From positions 45,074,001-45,138,000 of the forward strand of contig OX597831.1 in assembly GCA_951406725.2 (NCBI GenBank): DNA of 64,000 nucleotides, given 5' to 3'. The translations under genes and the position numbers were made by a program. Each line of letters begins with the position of its first letter. Position 1 is the stretch's first letter. The stretch comes from Octopus vulgaris. Taxonomy: Eukaryota. A model generated the notes under the pieces. It had not been told where the DNA came from. It saw only the letters and a program-made list of their open reading frames with translations, and did not search any database. Below, piece by piece: positions 13,647 through 28,369 of this stretch.

Positions 13647-13810
13647 ATGTATGTATGTATGTATATGTATGTATGTATGTATGTGTGTATGTATGTATGT
13701 GTGTGTATGTATGTATGTGTGTGTGTATGTGTGTGTGTGTATGTATGTATGTATGTATGTATGTATGTATGTATGTATGTATGTATGTATGAGTGTATGT
13801 TTACTTTATT

Positions 13811-14318
13811 ACTAACACAAGCCACTACGGTTATTTAATGTAAAGTCTTCCTCAAATCACTCTCTCTCGCTATTTACTCTCTTCCAAGAACATTTTCACT
13901 CACTCTTATCTATTAGCTTCCCATACATTTTACTCATGTATCTATCAGCGTCATAGACAGAAACAAATATTACATCGCCATCGTCACCGCATTCTATTGT
14001 CTACCTGTCAACACACTGAATTACTTTCACTTTATTCGTAGCACACTGTGTGTGTGCGTTTGCGTGTGCTGTAAACCAGACTAAGAAAAGCATTTGACAT
14101 ACACACCAGAATGTGAGTTTTCTGTAAATTTTGCTTAATTGGAGTTTAAATTTTAAAAACTGGACCTGGCATGACCCGATGCATTCTACTCTTAAAAATG
14201 CTAGGTAAATTGTAATTGAAGAAATCCTATATTGTAGATTTCTATAAGATACAAAGGGAGGCAGATAAAATCTGCCTTTTATAATAAGAGATAAAATCTG
14301 CCTTTTATAATAAGAGAT
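13811..14318 (+). mobile_element. Helitron-like element with duplicated 3' end
   Basis: Ends GGCAGATAAAATCTGCC (hairpin) then TTTTATAATAAGAGAT, with the terminal 27 nt repeated; 5' boundary approximate. Confidence 0.55.
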
Positions 14319-14479
14319 TAATAAAGGGATGTCGAAGGCATTAATGGGACACCGTTTTAGACTTCTACGGGCCCTCCCAGACTGATGAGACGGTTGTGAC
14401 TGACGTTAAGTCTGGGCATTTCTAGGTCAATATCTGTAAGAAAAATCCGACCGGGAAAAAATGCTGAAGGATGCAATTT

Positions 14480-14985
14480 TTGCTGTTATGAATGTGGAAT
14501 CGTCAGGAAAGACCGTCAGAGATTGTATCTTTAACAGCACTGTCCTGAGGAAAAAAGCCTGTCTTTGGAGAAAAGTTTCTGCCATGTTATGATAGAATCG
14601 CCAGGAAAGTTCCAAAGAGATTTTGAATCTTGGATTATTGTGACTGTACTGTCCCGAGGGAGAAGGCCAGTCTTTTTGAGAAAAAGTTCTGCTGTGTTAT
14701 GATAGTGGAATCGCCAGGAAAGAGATTTTGAAGCAGACCAGACTTCGGAGAGGCAGTTTTTTCCTATGTTATGAAGGTAGAATCGCCAGGAAATATCCTC
14801 AGAAATTTCGAACTCCTGTATTGTTGTCTCCTGAGGACAAAAACAGTATTTGCGGAAAATTTCTGTCATGTTATGATAGCGGAATCGCCAGAAAAGATCC
14901 TCAGAAATGTTGAATCTTGGATTATTGCGACGTAAACTGTACTGTCCTGAAGAAGGCTACTCTTTGGAGAAGCAGTTTCTACTAT
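14480..14985. repeat. Degenerate minisatellite, ~70-120-bp units
   Basis: Recurring TGTTATGATAG..GAATCGCCAGGAAA and CTGTCCTGAGG..TCTTTGGAGAA, about five times. Confidence 0.85.
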
Positions 14986-16694
14986 CTTATGAGTGTTAAA
15001 TCAGCATGGAAGGGTCTGGGAGATTTTGAATTATTTTCATTTCCAGCAGCTGTGATTATGTCCTTCAAAGCTAAAGACAATGAAGCAGCACACTGATCCC
15101 TGGATATGATCAGTGTCTGTGTTTTTGTTGAAGGATTTAAGATTGTCATGTTCTCACTGGATAACGCTTTCACGGTAAGTTTTTATAGAGGAGGTGCAGG
15201 GATTGACTGGAGGTGTCTCAGTGACATGTTTGTAACGTATGTATACAGGAAATTGAGAAGGAATGCAATGAAATATAAACTGCTAAAAGTATTTTTTATC
15301 AGTTAGTAGGTTGGACCCTTTTCAAGGTTCCCGAGACTGGAGAAGGAAAGGGAGGAAGGTATCCCCAAACTGGAGATATGACTTGAATCTTGCAACAGAG
15401 TGGGCTCTACTAAAGGTAACCAAGGACCTGTGTTAAATCGGATGACGGATGACGGATTAAGTCTACCGTTCATGTACATCACAGCATGATTTGAACGTAT
15501 AAAGCAAAGAGGCGAATCAAATACCGTAAGGTATCTCGACAATGTTCTATTGTTATCATCAGTTCATTGTTTCAGACTGTTACTTTATTTTATGTAAATG
15601 GGAAAGATAAAAGGCAATACTGATCTCGCTAGGGAATTGAGCTCAGAACGCTAGAACCTACAATAAATACTGCAAGACATTTCATCCGACACTAACACTT
15701 CTGCCAATTCAACGCCTTGAGAGTGTTGGTAGACATGACAGCAAATAGATCGATAGAATATCTTGGCGCACATCAACCTGTGGGTCAGAGACAGCCTCTT
15801 CAGCTATGATTAATTTAGATGTGTTATGTTTTCACATGTTGAATAATCAATATGAGAAAGAATTTTCTTCAACAATGTTTATCGATAACACAAAACATTC
15901 TTTAGTATACATGATGTACACTTTGTTGTATGCATGTTAAGTGTTTGAATCAAGAAGTAACGAAAGATGAGAGCTGAAATATCTCGTATAAATTTAGGAC
16001 ATTGGCTCCGGTTACAACAGGAACAATTTGAGAACAATTTGAGTGATGAGAATTATCTTACAAACACAAGTCTGAAGAAACATAGCTTATGGCCACAATA
16101 AGAAGACTCCTTCTAGACATCTAAACACCATAGTTTTATAAGCGCTCTAAAAGATTCTAGAATACTTTACGAAGTCTTTAGACGCGAAAATCAAATTTTC
16201 TTTTAATCTATCAACGTCCATCAAAAACTGAAGTCAGTGATGACTGACTAGAAATGACGTCATTAGGCTTTATGATAAAGTACTGGAATATTACCAAAAT
16301 TAACTCATCAAATATAGCATTATTAATTGCTATTGACAATTATCTCTAGTCAATATTCTCAAACAAATTAATACTATTCGCCAGCAGTTTTGACTTTCCG
16401 GTTCGAATTTCAGGAAAACTATCAATTATAGTTGTATCTGGGGAGAGTCATACTGTCCAGATGCCTTATTATCTAACACACTCACTGGTTCGATTTCCAC
16501 TCATTTATTATTTATATTTCTTTTTTCGTTGCTTTTGCAACTTTGTAAATGGATGTTGACTTTGTTATCGGTTCTGCGTTTCTTTTGTCTGTTTGTGCGC
16601 ATGTGTGTGCGCCAGCGTACATATGTGCTTGTGCATGTATGTATGTATGTATGTATGTATGTATGTATGTATGTATGTATGCACACACACACAC

Positions 16695-16798
<104 letters not shown>

Positions 16799-16844
16799 GC
16801 AGTTATAAAAGATTTATATACTTTTCTATTATAGACACAAAGCC

Positions 16845-17902
16845 TGGAATTTGGTGGGAGGGGACCAGTCGATAAGATCGACCCCAGTACACAATTTATC
16901 TACCCCGAAAGAATGTCCACCTTGGCGGAATTTGAACTCAGAACGTAGCGACGGGCGAGATACCTATTTCTTTACTACCCACAAGGGGCCAAACGCAGAA
17001 GGGACAAAGAAGGACAGACAAACGGATTAAGTCGATTATATCGACCCCAGTGCGTAACTGGTACTTATTTAATCGACCCCGAAAGGATGAAAGGCAGAGT
17101 CGACCTCGGCGGAATTTGAACTCAGAACGTAGTGACGGGCGAGATACCTATTTCTTTACTACACACAAGGGGCTAAACACAGAGAGGACAAACAAGGACA
17201 GACAAACGGATTCAGTCGATTATATCGACCGCAGTACGTAACTGGTACTTATTTAATCGACCCCGAAAGAATGAAAGGCAAAGTCGGCCTCGGCGTAATT
17301 TGAACTCAGAACGTAGTGACGGGCGAGATACCTATTTCTTTACTACCCACAAGGGGCTAAACACAGAGAGGACAAACAAGAACAGATAAACGGATTCAGT
17401 CGATTATATCAACCCCAGTGCGTAACTGGTACTTATTTAATCGACCCCGAAAGGATGAAAGGCAGAGTAGACCTCGGCGGAATTTGAACTCAGAACGTAG
17501 TGATGAGCGAGATACCTATTCTTTACTACCCACAAGGGGCTAAACACAGAGAGGACAAACAAGGACAGACAAGCGGATTCAGTCGATTATATCGATCCCA
17601 GTGCGTAACTGGTACTTATTTAATCAACCCCGAAAGGATGAAAGGCAAAGTCGACCTCGGCAGAATTTGAAATCAGAACGTAGTGACGGGCGAGATACCT
17701 ATTTCTTTACTACCCACAAGGGGCTAAACACAGAGAGGACAAACAAGGACAGACAAACGGATTTAGTCGATTATATCGAACCCAGTGCGTAACTGGTATT
17801 TATTTAATCGACTCCGAAAGGATGAAAGGCAAAGTCGACCTCGGCGGAATTTGAACTCAGAACTTAGCGGCAGACGAAATACCGCTAAGCATTTCGCCGC
17901 CT
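16845..17902 (-). repeat. Tandem array of ~184-bp SINE-derived units
   Basis: GTGCGTAACTGGTAC recurs near 17050, 17234, 17418, 17601 and 17785; only the rightmost unit has part of the SINE head. Confidence 0.95.
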
Positions 17903-18577
17903 TTAAAATATTTCTATACTGATATAACAGTATAATAACCACCACCTTTTTTACTATTTATTGCACCGACTACATGAGTTATCGGACATTTTGGTTGTGC
18001 TGGTTAGTCAACGCGTTGTTACCCATATCAAAACCAAGTTTATTTAATATTTACGAGGGAACCATTTATTTATATGTAAACATTACCATAAAATAGTTAC
18101 TTGCCGGAGGTAGTGAGTAATGTATGTTGACCTAGACTCATGTAGCTACGTTTTCGAGTGGGGCGAGAGGTGAGGACGGACAATGTCCAGTGTTAGTGCT
18201 TGGAGGAATGAGAATATTGTGTTCATTGTAGTCGAATAATCTAATGCTGTTTATTTTTGTCATGTAAAGGGAGATAACTCCAGAGTTTAACATTTCTATA
18301 CATTTTAATATTCCTCACTTTCTCTCTCCTTCACGCTCTCACTGTTTCTAATATTTCCTTTCCTCTCTCTCTCTCTCTCTCTCTTTCACTTTCACTCTTC
18401 ACATACATGCATACATACATACATACATACATACATACATACATACATACATACATACATACATACATGCATACACACACACATATATATGTATGTATAT
18501 ATGTATATATGTATATATGTATGTATGTATATATGCATGTATGTATGTATGTATATATATATGTATAGATATGTATG

Positions 18578-19570
<993 letters not shown>

Positions 19571-19577
19571 ATATATA

Positions 19578-19786
19578 TACTCTTACTCTTTTACTTGTTT
19601 CAGTCATTTGACTGTGGCCATGCTGGAGCACCGCCTTCAGTCGAGCAAATCGACCCCAGGACTTATTCTTTGTAAGCCTAGCACTTATTCTATCAGTGTC
19701 TTTTGCCGAACCGCTAAGTTACAGGGACGTAAACACACCAGCATCGGTTGTCAAGCGATGTTGGGGGGACAAACACAGAGACACAA

Positions 19787-19871
<85 letters not shown>

Positions 19872-20032
19872 GATATATAGATATATACGACCGGCTTCTT
19901 TCAGTTTCCGCCTACCAAATCCACTCACAAGCTTTGGTCGACCCGAGGCTATAGTAGAAGACACTTGCCTAAGGTGCCACGCAGTGGGACTGAATCCGGA
20001 ACCATGTGGCTGGGAAGCAAGCCACTCCTGCG

Positions 20033-20035
<3 letters not shown>
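19578..20035 (-). mobile_element. tRNA-derived SINE (GGCGCAGGAGTGGCT head, internal (TG)n)
   Basis: Same family as 25385-25820, 30485-30870, 47780-48192 and 55734-56158; tail GAAACAAGTAAAAGAG. Confidence 0.9.
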
Positions 20036-20092
<57 letters not shown>

Positions 20093-20120
20093 AAATGTAT
20101 AGTATTATATATCCATCACG

Positions 20121-20210
20121 GTTAATCTTACCAATCGGTTTCGCGCTAGGAATACAACGGAGTGTTAGGTAACAATCCGATTATATAACTTTACGCTCAT
20201 CACAGTTAGC
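20121..20210 (-). ncRNA. Degenerate type I hammerhead ribozyme motif (Penelope-type)
   Basis: Minus: GCTAACT gTGATGA GCGT..GCGC GAAA CCGATTGG TA AGATTAAC; C3 substituted; near-palindromic stem III. Confidence 0.55.
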
Positions 20211-20871
20211 CGGTATGGAAAGGAATTTGGCGACTGCTCTCTATTGTCGAAGATGAATGGACACATCCGGTTTGCAGTTGCTGTGAAAAAGATGGTGAAA
20301 CGAAAATGAGCAGGGATTAGGTTAGGAGTTATGTCCTTTGGTTGGATTCGCTGCGTTTGTGGATTGGTGTGTTTGTGGAAAATGCGTGCGTACTTACGTG
20401 ACCCACCATGCCTACAACCACCAGTCCCCCAGCTTCGGCTTTCCACTAATACCCTCAAGCCAGGCAAAGAAAGAGCTTGGCCAGAACATACACCAACGCA
20501 CCCACGTACATAGACTCACGCCCCAACAAGGCGGACACTTAACAAATGAACCGTCTTATGTAAGCGTTGTATTTGAATATGCATGTATGTGTGTATGTGT
20601 GTGCATGTTTTCAGCCCTAAATCATCCATCACTTAAAAGGCCAGCCCTAAATCAGCCATCTCCAAAACATCCATGCCAAATTGACCCCTTCCGTTACGGT
20701 TTAGCCGTGGTTCGATCTTTTAGAAATAGCAGATAAATCTCTCGCCAACAATGTCCTTCTGTCTGAAATAAAGAAATAACACCTTATATAATGTAATACC
20801 AGACATAACTGGCTCTCCAGCAAAATGTCGGTATTGCATAATATATTTAAAAAGTGTTTCAGTCATGAGCG

Positions 20872-21757
20872 ACCAACCAGCTAACCAACAAACCAGCCAG
20901 CCAGTCAACCAACCAGCTAACCAGCCAACCAACCAACTAACCAACCAACCAACCAGCCAGTCAGTCAACCAACCAACCAGCCAACCAGCCAGCCAGCCAA
21001 CTGACCAAAAAGCAAGCAACCAGCCAATCAACTAACCAGTCATCCAATCAGCCAGCCAGCCAACCAACCACAAAAAAATCAACAAGCCAACCAACGAGCC
21101 AGCCAGTCAGCCAACAAACCAACCAACCAGTCAGAAAATCAGCCAACCAGCCAACCAATCATCCAAGCCAACTAGCCAATCAACCAGCCAGCCAACCAAT
21201 CAACCAAACAACCAACCAGCCAACGAGCCAACCAGACAGCCAGACAACCAGACAATCAGACAACCAACCAACCAATCAACCAACCAACCAATCAACCAAC
21301 CAATCAACCAACCAAGTCAACTGACCAACCAACCAACCAATCAGCCACTGAGCCAACCAACCAACCAGCCAATTAGCCATGCCAACCAATCAACCAACCA
21401 ACCAATCAACCAACCAAGTCAACTGACCAACCAACCAACCAATCAGCCACTGAGCCAACCAACCAACCAGCCAATTAGCCATGCCAACCAATCAACCAAC
21501 CGATCAATCAACCAACTAACCAACCGACCAACCAGCCAACCACCAAACTAGCCAACCAACCAATCAGCCAACCAAACAGCTAGCCAGCCAGCCAACCAAC
21601 CAACCAGCCAACCAACCAACCAACCAGCCAACCAACCAACCAACCAGCCAACCAACCAACCAACCAACAAACCAACCAACCAACCAACAAACCAACCAAC
21701 CAACCAGCCAACCAACCAGCCAGCCAGCCAGCCAAACAGCCAGCCAACCAACAAACA
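20872..21757. repeat. (CCAA/CCAG)n microsatellite with a 102-bp higher-order duplication
   Basis: Direct reading; the block at ~21301 recurs at ~21403. Confidence 0.95.
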
Positions 21758-21775
21758 AAAGCGTTTTTATCTACG

Positions 21776-22253
21776 ACTAGCAGTATCACACTGCCTTACG
21801 CTTATTGTCCAATCCCCATATACTGCATTAATATTTCTTGTACTTTGTACACATTTATATTCTGTTATTGTTTTATATGTTTCAGCCTTGAGGTTGTGGC
21901 CATGCTGGATCATGTGTGTGTGTGTGTCTATCTGTCTGTCTGTATGTATATATGTATATGTATGTGTGTGAACAATAATATTTTCAACAGATGTGTTGCA
22001 AATGTATCTGATTGTTCTCAAGCTTCAATACTGTGTGTGTGTGTGTATGTGTGTGTGTGTATGTATGTATGTATATGTATGTATGTATGTATATGTATGT
22101 ATGTATGTGTGTATGTATGTATGTGTGTGTGTGTGTATGTGTGTGTGTATGTATGTATGTATGTATGTATGTATGTATGTATGTATGAGTGTATGTTTAC
22201 TTTATTACTAATTACTCTCTTCCAAGAACATTTTCAATAATAAGAGATAAAAT
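21776..22253 (+). mobile_element. Composite, internally deleted copy of the 12053-14297 region
   Basis: Five collinear pieces matching 12053-12064, 13045-13103, 13403-13815, 13874-13898 and 14281-14297. Confidence 0.85.
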
Positions 22254-23649
22254 ATTTTATGATGCCCATATATGCTGTGAGAGAAATTTGCTGGTAATTT
22301 CGTGAGGTTGAACGACTACATAGAGGTTCTTTTGTAAGTACCTGTAGGAGATTACAGTTTTGAATGGGTAAAAATATAGTACAATACACTCACACACACA
22401 CACACACACACACATGGTGTGAACTACTGCTGTAAGGCAAGTTTATCCTCTGTTCTGTCGTTTCTGCCCAACTGATTGCCCTTCTCCTGTTGTTTTGTAG
22501 CGGTTATAATAAGGGGTCTTTGTTTCAATTCTGTATTGTATGCTATACTTAGACCACTGTATTTACGTTAGATATATAACTGCAAAAGAAAAGTATTATA
22601 CTATATATAAAATTATATCCAGCGTTATATACACTCGTACTCGCACACACAAATACATCGTATGTCTATGTTATGTGAGTGTATCAACAGCAATTAATAA
22701 CTAATTAATAAAGTTATTTCTATTTATGGAGACAGTAGTTTCGTCTGAACAATAATTAAGCCACATGAAATATCTGGCTGCTAATTTTTACGCGAAAAAC
22801 AATTTGAACAATTCGAAGTCGAGTGCTTTAACTAGATTTGTGAAGTGGATAGGTTTCACTTGACTTCTGAAGCAACGAAACATATATAATAATGTGTGTG
22901 ATAAGAACTTTTGTGGATGATTATATAGAAGAAATATGACAGCGTCGATATATTGTTTTAAACTACCATCTTACGCATCGCGAGTTCAGATGTACTTTAT
23001 CAGTTCCATCTAACAAAATACCGGATTCTTTTTCTCGATAAGCCTGAATGCCTATCATTTAAGAGTGAAAAAGTCAATTCTTTCACGAATCACAAATATT
23101 TACGAAGCTGGTGTTTAAATACTAGTTACTGCAGCACTAGATAGTTAAGAAACAAATGCTCCCTTGAATAGAAAGCAGTTTAGCTTATCAGAAGCAAGTT
23201 TTCAGGAATAAACTGGTACCAGTGGCATAGTTAGAATGCGTGCCGCCCGGGGGAGGCCTTCAGCTTGCAGCCAGCAACCCTACCCGGGCCCCAAGCTTAA
23301 ACAATTTCATACTACCGACCTAAAAGTGCCGCACCCATCTGAGCGTTGCTCGAGGAGGGCTCCACCTCCAGCTGCGCTGATGCTTGGCACCCATTTCCAG
23401 CATTTAGGTGAACTGAAGTATTGATAGAATTTAGTATTATTGACTAATTAAAATCGTGCCGAGTTTGTCCTTTAGCTTCTTTCGCTATTGTTTAAGGAGG
23501 AGAGAAATGACAAGTTATCTCATGCAGGTCTTCCCAAAATTTCTGGAGAGGTTTGTGAAATGAAACAGTTACAAGCAGTTACAAGCAGTTCCAAGCAAAT
23601 GTCTCCTTGTCCTACAATGTCTTCCATATTGTTTTATCTAATTGCTCAC

Positions 23650-23688
23650 CTTGCTTGGCCGCAGGGTCTCTTAGGGAAGTTTAGTAAG
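23650..23688 (-). CDS. Candidate internal exon of an unidentified gene
   Basis: tgttttcatAG acceptor, AAG/GTGAGC donor; single open frame LLNFPKRPCGQA; phase fits the exon at 30063. Confidence 0.25.
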
Positions 23689-24527
23689 CTATGAAAACAC
23701 ATCATACATTTTATATAGTTGAAGCTATACTTCCTATGGATCATCGTCGATTTACATATAGATAGATCCAACCATTCCTAAATTTGGTGTACAACAAGAA
23801 TCGGTTTTCTTTCCTCCACACTTACACTTTTGCTGTCATCTCCAGCCACGCTCACTTCTAACATACATGACACCGCTCCTCATTCCACCTTAATCTTCTG
23901 CACCCAAGCATTATACACACCCAGAAGTTTCAAGACAACCATTACTCATTCATAAACAGAAACCTCAAGAACATTCTTTTGTGGATCCATGCCAACAGCA
24001 CAGACCCCAATCAATACGAAAATAATATTGTAGTCTCTCCTCCGGAGTTTGAACAGCTGGCAACTGGAACCCCTAGTGTCGCTTAAAATCCTGGCCCCAC
24101 AATAACTGGGAATTTCACTTTACGAATGCAAATCATCACAAAGACCGTCGTTCCTCTTTTAAGATCCCCGGTTCCCACTTTCCGTGAAGCATATATTTTT
24201 CCCTTAGTTGGGACGCTGGTCCGTCGCAGGAATACTCATTTTCGCCAGCTGAGTGGATTGGAGCAATATGAAATGAAGTGTTTTGCTCAAGACCACAATG
24301 CGTCGCTTAGACCGGAAATCAAAACAACAACAATACGATCAGGATTCCAACATTCTTAACCACTAAGCTACACGGCTCTACCTAATACACGCGCCTCCAT
24401 TTTGCCCGTTGTGATAACGATTCTGCCAGCTCACCATCTTAACTCTACATAATAATAATTCATCTAATGTACATGTGGGTTAGACTATCACATATATTGT
24501 TTACATGAAATTATGGGTTATTGCAGT

Positions 24528-24548
24528 TGTAGCGTACGCTTAGGGAAA

Positions 24549-24590
<42 letters not shown>

Positions 24591-25604
24591 ATATATACAT
24601 ATATATGGACGTAGTAGATAACAGCTAGCCTTCGGCCGCCCTTTTGAACCCTGTTATGTCCGCTATTCTGATTGGTTGGTTTTGGCGCAATTTGTCTCTT
24701 GCTCTATTGCGTGCCAATATGCAACCCAACCAATCACAGCCTTCTGATAAGGTCACGTGGGAAGTCTCTTCTAAACTTCCGGTGAGCCGATAGCAAGCTA
24801 TAAAACTGTACCTTCACTCCATCTCGATGTCTTTCAGTTCCAGAACTTTTAAGGTCTAGCCACTGACCACACAGACACAACCAGTTCCAGTGACAACACA
24901 ACAGCAGCCACACGGAGACTCAACTTCATCCAGCAGCATTCAGAACCTCCATCTCTGTCGCCTCCGTCTTTTTAACGTCTTCAACAACATCTCTCTACGT
25001 ACACAGCAACTAGCAACACTCGCATAGGTTCTATCTCAACACTCTTTGTGAATTACTTCACCATGGTTAGCAGCAAATACAACCTGCGAGACTGTATCAA
25101 GTGACCGGCAGCAGCATAGTAGCCACAACCTCTTACACGACATGTGCCTCAACCGGCTCTGCATTACTGTCACAACTTCTTGTTACAGCACTTCAACTAT
25201 CGTGCACTTCGACTACGAACTGGTATTTATCACCCTTGTTTCTGAACATTCTTCTAACGTCATTTTACAGACTCTTTCAATGCTCTGTACTTAATGTATA
25301 CAGATACACTTTGTATACATGACGGCCTGTCTATTATTATGTATATATGACGCATACACGCAATGTTAACATATAAATAAAATCCTCTACTCTTTTTTAC
25401 TCTTTTACTTGTTTCAGTCATTTGACTGCGGCCATGCTGGAGCACCGCCTTTAGTCGAGGAAATAGACCCCCAGGGCTTATTCTTTGTAAGCCTAGTACT
25501 TATTCTATCGATCTCTTTTGCCGAACCGCTAAGTTACAGGGACGTAAACACACCAACATCGGTTGTCAAGCGATGTTGGCGGGGACAAACACAGACACAC
25601 AAAT

Positions 25605-25653
<49 letters not shown>

Positions 25654-25945
25654 TACGACGGGCTTCTTTCAGTTTCCGTCTACCAAATCCACTCACAAGG
25701 CTTTGGTCGGCCCGAGGCTATAGTAGAAGACACTTGCCCAAGGTGCCACGCAGTGGGACTGAACCCGGAACCATTTGGTTGGCAAGCAAGCTACTTACCA
25801 CTCAGCCACACCTGCGCTTCTCTTAACATTCTACTCGGTTGTGTCTCTCTTTTCCTTCTGGCACTTATACTCATTTATCCTTTTCGCATTTTTTGTATCG
25901 ACCTTGTGATGTACTAAAGGCGCTCTTCTCGTCACCTCACCACTT
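24528..25945 (+). mobile_element. Probable solo LTR, interrupted by a SINE at 25385-25820
   Basis: Starts TGTAGCGTACGCTTAGGG; CCAAT, TATAAAA and AATAAA in LTR order; 5' part has an inverted homologue at 37540-37915; 3' end approximate. Confidence 0.6.
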
Positions 25946-26274
25946 CCGGTTTTGATCTCAATTTACTTTCATTTTTTTAGAACAATTTACCTTGACATTT
26001 TTTCTGCGACAGTAAACTACATGCTGATCAACAAACCTCCATCTGTGATAAACAGCAAATGAAAGCACCAGGCGATTTACTATTGTTTCATAACTTTCGG
26101 TTGAGGTCATGGAAAATGTAAACAAAATAGTTTAATGCAGTTCAAGTATTTTCCGTCAGAAGTGAAAACAAAACAGTCCATAAGCTGACAGATGGCTCTC
26201 TCCTTCCACTGTCTTTCTCACTTCCTCCACCTCTCTATCTATCTATCTATCTATCTATGTATCTACCTACCTAC

Positions 26275-26307
<33 letters not shown>

Positions 26308-26493
26308 CATCTATCTATCCATCTGTCTGTCTGTCTATCTATCTACCTATCTATCTATCTATCTACCTACCTGCCTGCCTACCTACCTACCTGACTGTCT
26401 GTCTGTATCTATCTATCAATCTACCTACCTATCTATCTACCTACCTACCTACCTACCTACCTACCTATCTATCTATCTATCTATCTACACACA

Positions 26494-26589
<96 letters not shown>

Positions 26590-27110
26590 TTCACACACAC
26601 CAGTCATTCTATTTACCTAGTTAGCTGGCTTGCAAGCTAACAAACTATCTAGCTACCTATCTGCAGATTTACACACGTTAACTATGCAAACTTGCCGAAA
26701 TGGAGGAGGGCGACACTTTTAACGTACAACATTCTCATTCTACTAAATATATATACATATTCGCACACATTCGTATATATATGTGTGTGTGTATGTGTAG
26801 TTCAAAATTGTACAAAAAATGTTTATATATATATATGAGGTTTTACTTACACGCACACACACACAATAAACTTTGCATAAACTTTATACGAAACACTCTG
26901 ATCACGTGATAGAGGTAGTTAGAAGGGTGAACAGGTGAGAGGGGAGGGAAGGCGGAAGAGATATAGATAGGTTGATAGAGAAAGTAGGATAGCAAGACAA
27001 ACTTCACCTGCTGATACATAAAGCTGAGTCACAGAGCACTGACTATAATGTTGAACGCGCCCTAGATTATTTGTTTCTACATAGTTATACACAGGCGCAC
27101 TCGCACACAC

Positions 27111-27170
<60 letters not shown>

Positions 27171-27545
27171 CCGCACGCACATTCTCATAAATTGTTTTGT
27201 GTGTGTGTGTGCATGTGCGTGTGAGCGCGTGTCTGTGCGTCTGTGTGTGTGTGTGTGTGTGTCTGTGTATGTACTACAAGGAAAAAGTTGACACTGTCTT
27301 AGAAATTTCCCCAATCGTTCACAGAATTCCACGAAGCCAACGAACGGCGGGACTTCGAAGTCACAGACAACATTTTTCTTCGTAAATTACAATAATCCAC
27401 TTAAATTCATTGAATGATATATCCGGGATCAGTCCCACAGCGTGGCTGTGTGGTACCTTCAGCAAGTGACTTCCATTATAGTCCTAGGGCGCTAAACAAA
27501 GCCTTGTAAGTGGATTCGGTAAACCGAAACTGAAAGAAGCCCGTC

Positions 27546-27588
<43 letters not shown>

Positions 27589-27743
27589 GATAAGAGTAAA
27601 TAATTTCTATAAAGGCTTTTAAAAAAACCCCAATTATTTACTGGTAGAATTCGGTATGTAAATATAGCCGATTACCGGCAGGAACTTCTGTAAAGTTCAG
27701 TATATATATTGTATATAAGAAAAAGGGTTGCCTGTCCCTTTTT

Positions 27744-27842
<99 letters not shown>

Positions 27843-27947
27843 TATATGTGTGTGTGTGTATGTCTGTCTGTCTGTATGTATGTATGTATGAAATATATAT
27901 ATATATATACATACGAGTTTGGAAAGATTTTATCCGGGAGGATATCG

Positions 27948-27996
<49 letters not shown>

Positions 27997-28369
27997 CTGT
28001 GCGTGTGTGTGTGTGTGTGTGTGTTTTAGTATCGTAGCTCGGGAAGAGGGTCTCAGACGACACTTTTTCGGGGTCGCGCTTTTGAGTTTGTTTTATTAGG
28101 CTAGTGGGCGACAAACGTAAGGGTTTCCCCGCGAGGCACACATTCAAGCTATCACACTGTTGTGCTTGTGTTCGGTATGCTATGGCACACAGATTGCTCA
28201 AGAACCAGCAGGAGTGACCTGGCTCTGGCCTGCTAGCCTATATAATCTTTTCTACTATAGGCACAAGGACTGGAATTTGGGGGACGGGGCAAATCGACCC
28301 CAGTGCGTAACTGGTACTTATTTCATCGACCCCGAAAGGATAAAAGACAAAGTCGACCTCAGCGGAATT

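Noticed and set aside
14374-14416. CCCAGA CTGATGA ... TCTGGG hammerhead candidate
   Set aside because: Stem I and core present, but no GAAA or NUH arrangement.
15048-15174. Plus-strand AG..GTAAGT exon-like segment
   Set aside because: All three frames contain stops; no supporting partner exons.
16845-17902. Regular array resembling CRISPR or a tRNA gene cluster
   Set aside because: No unique spacers; whole units repeat and are SINE-derived; no complete cloverleaf.
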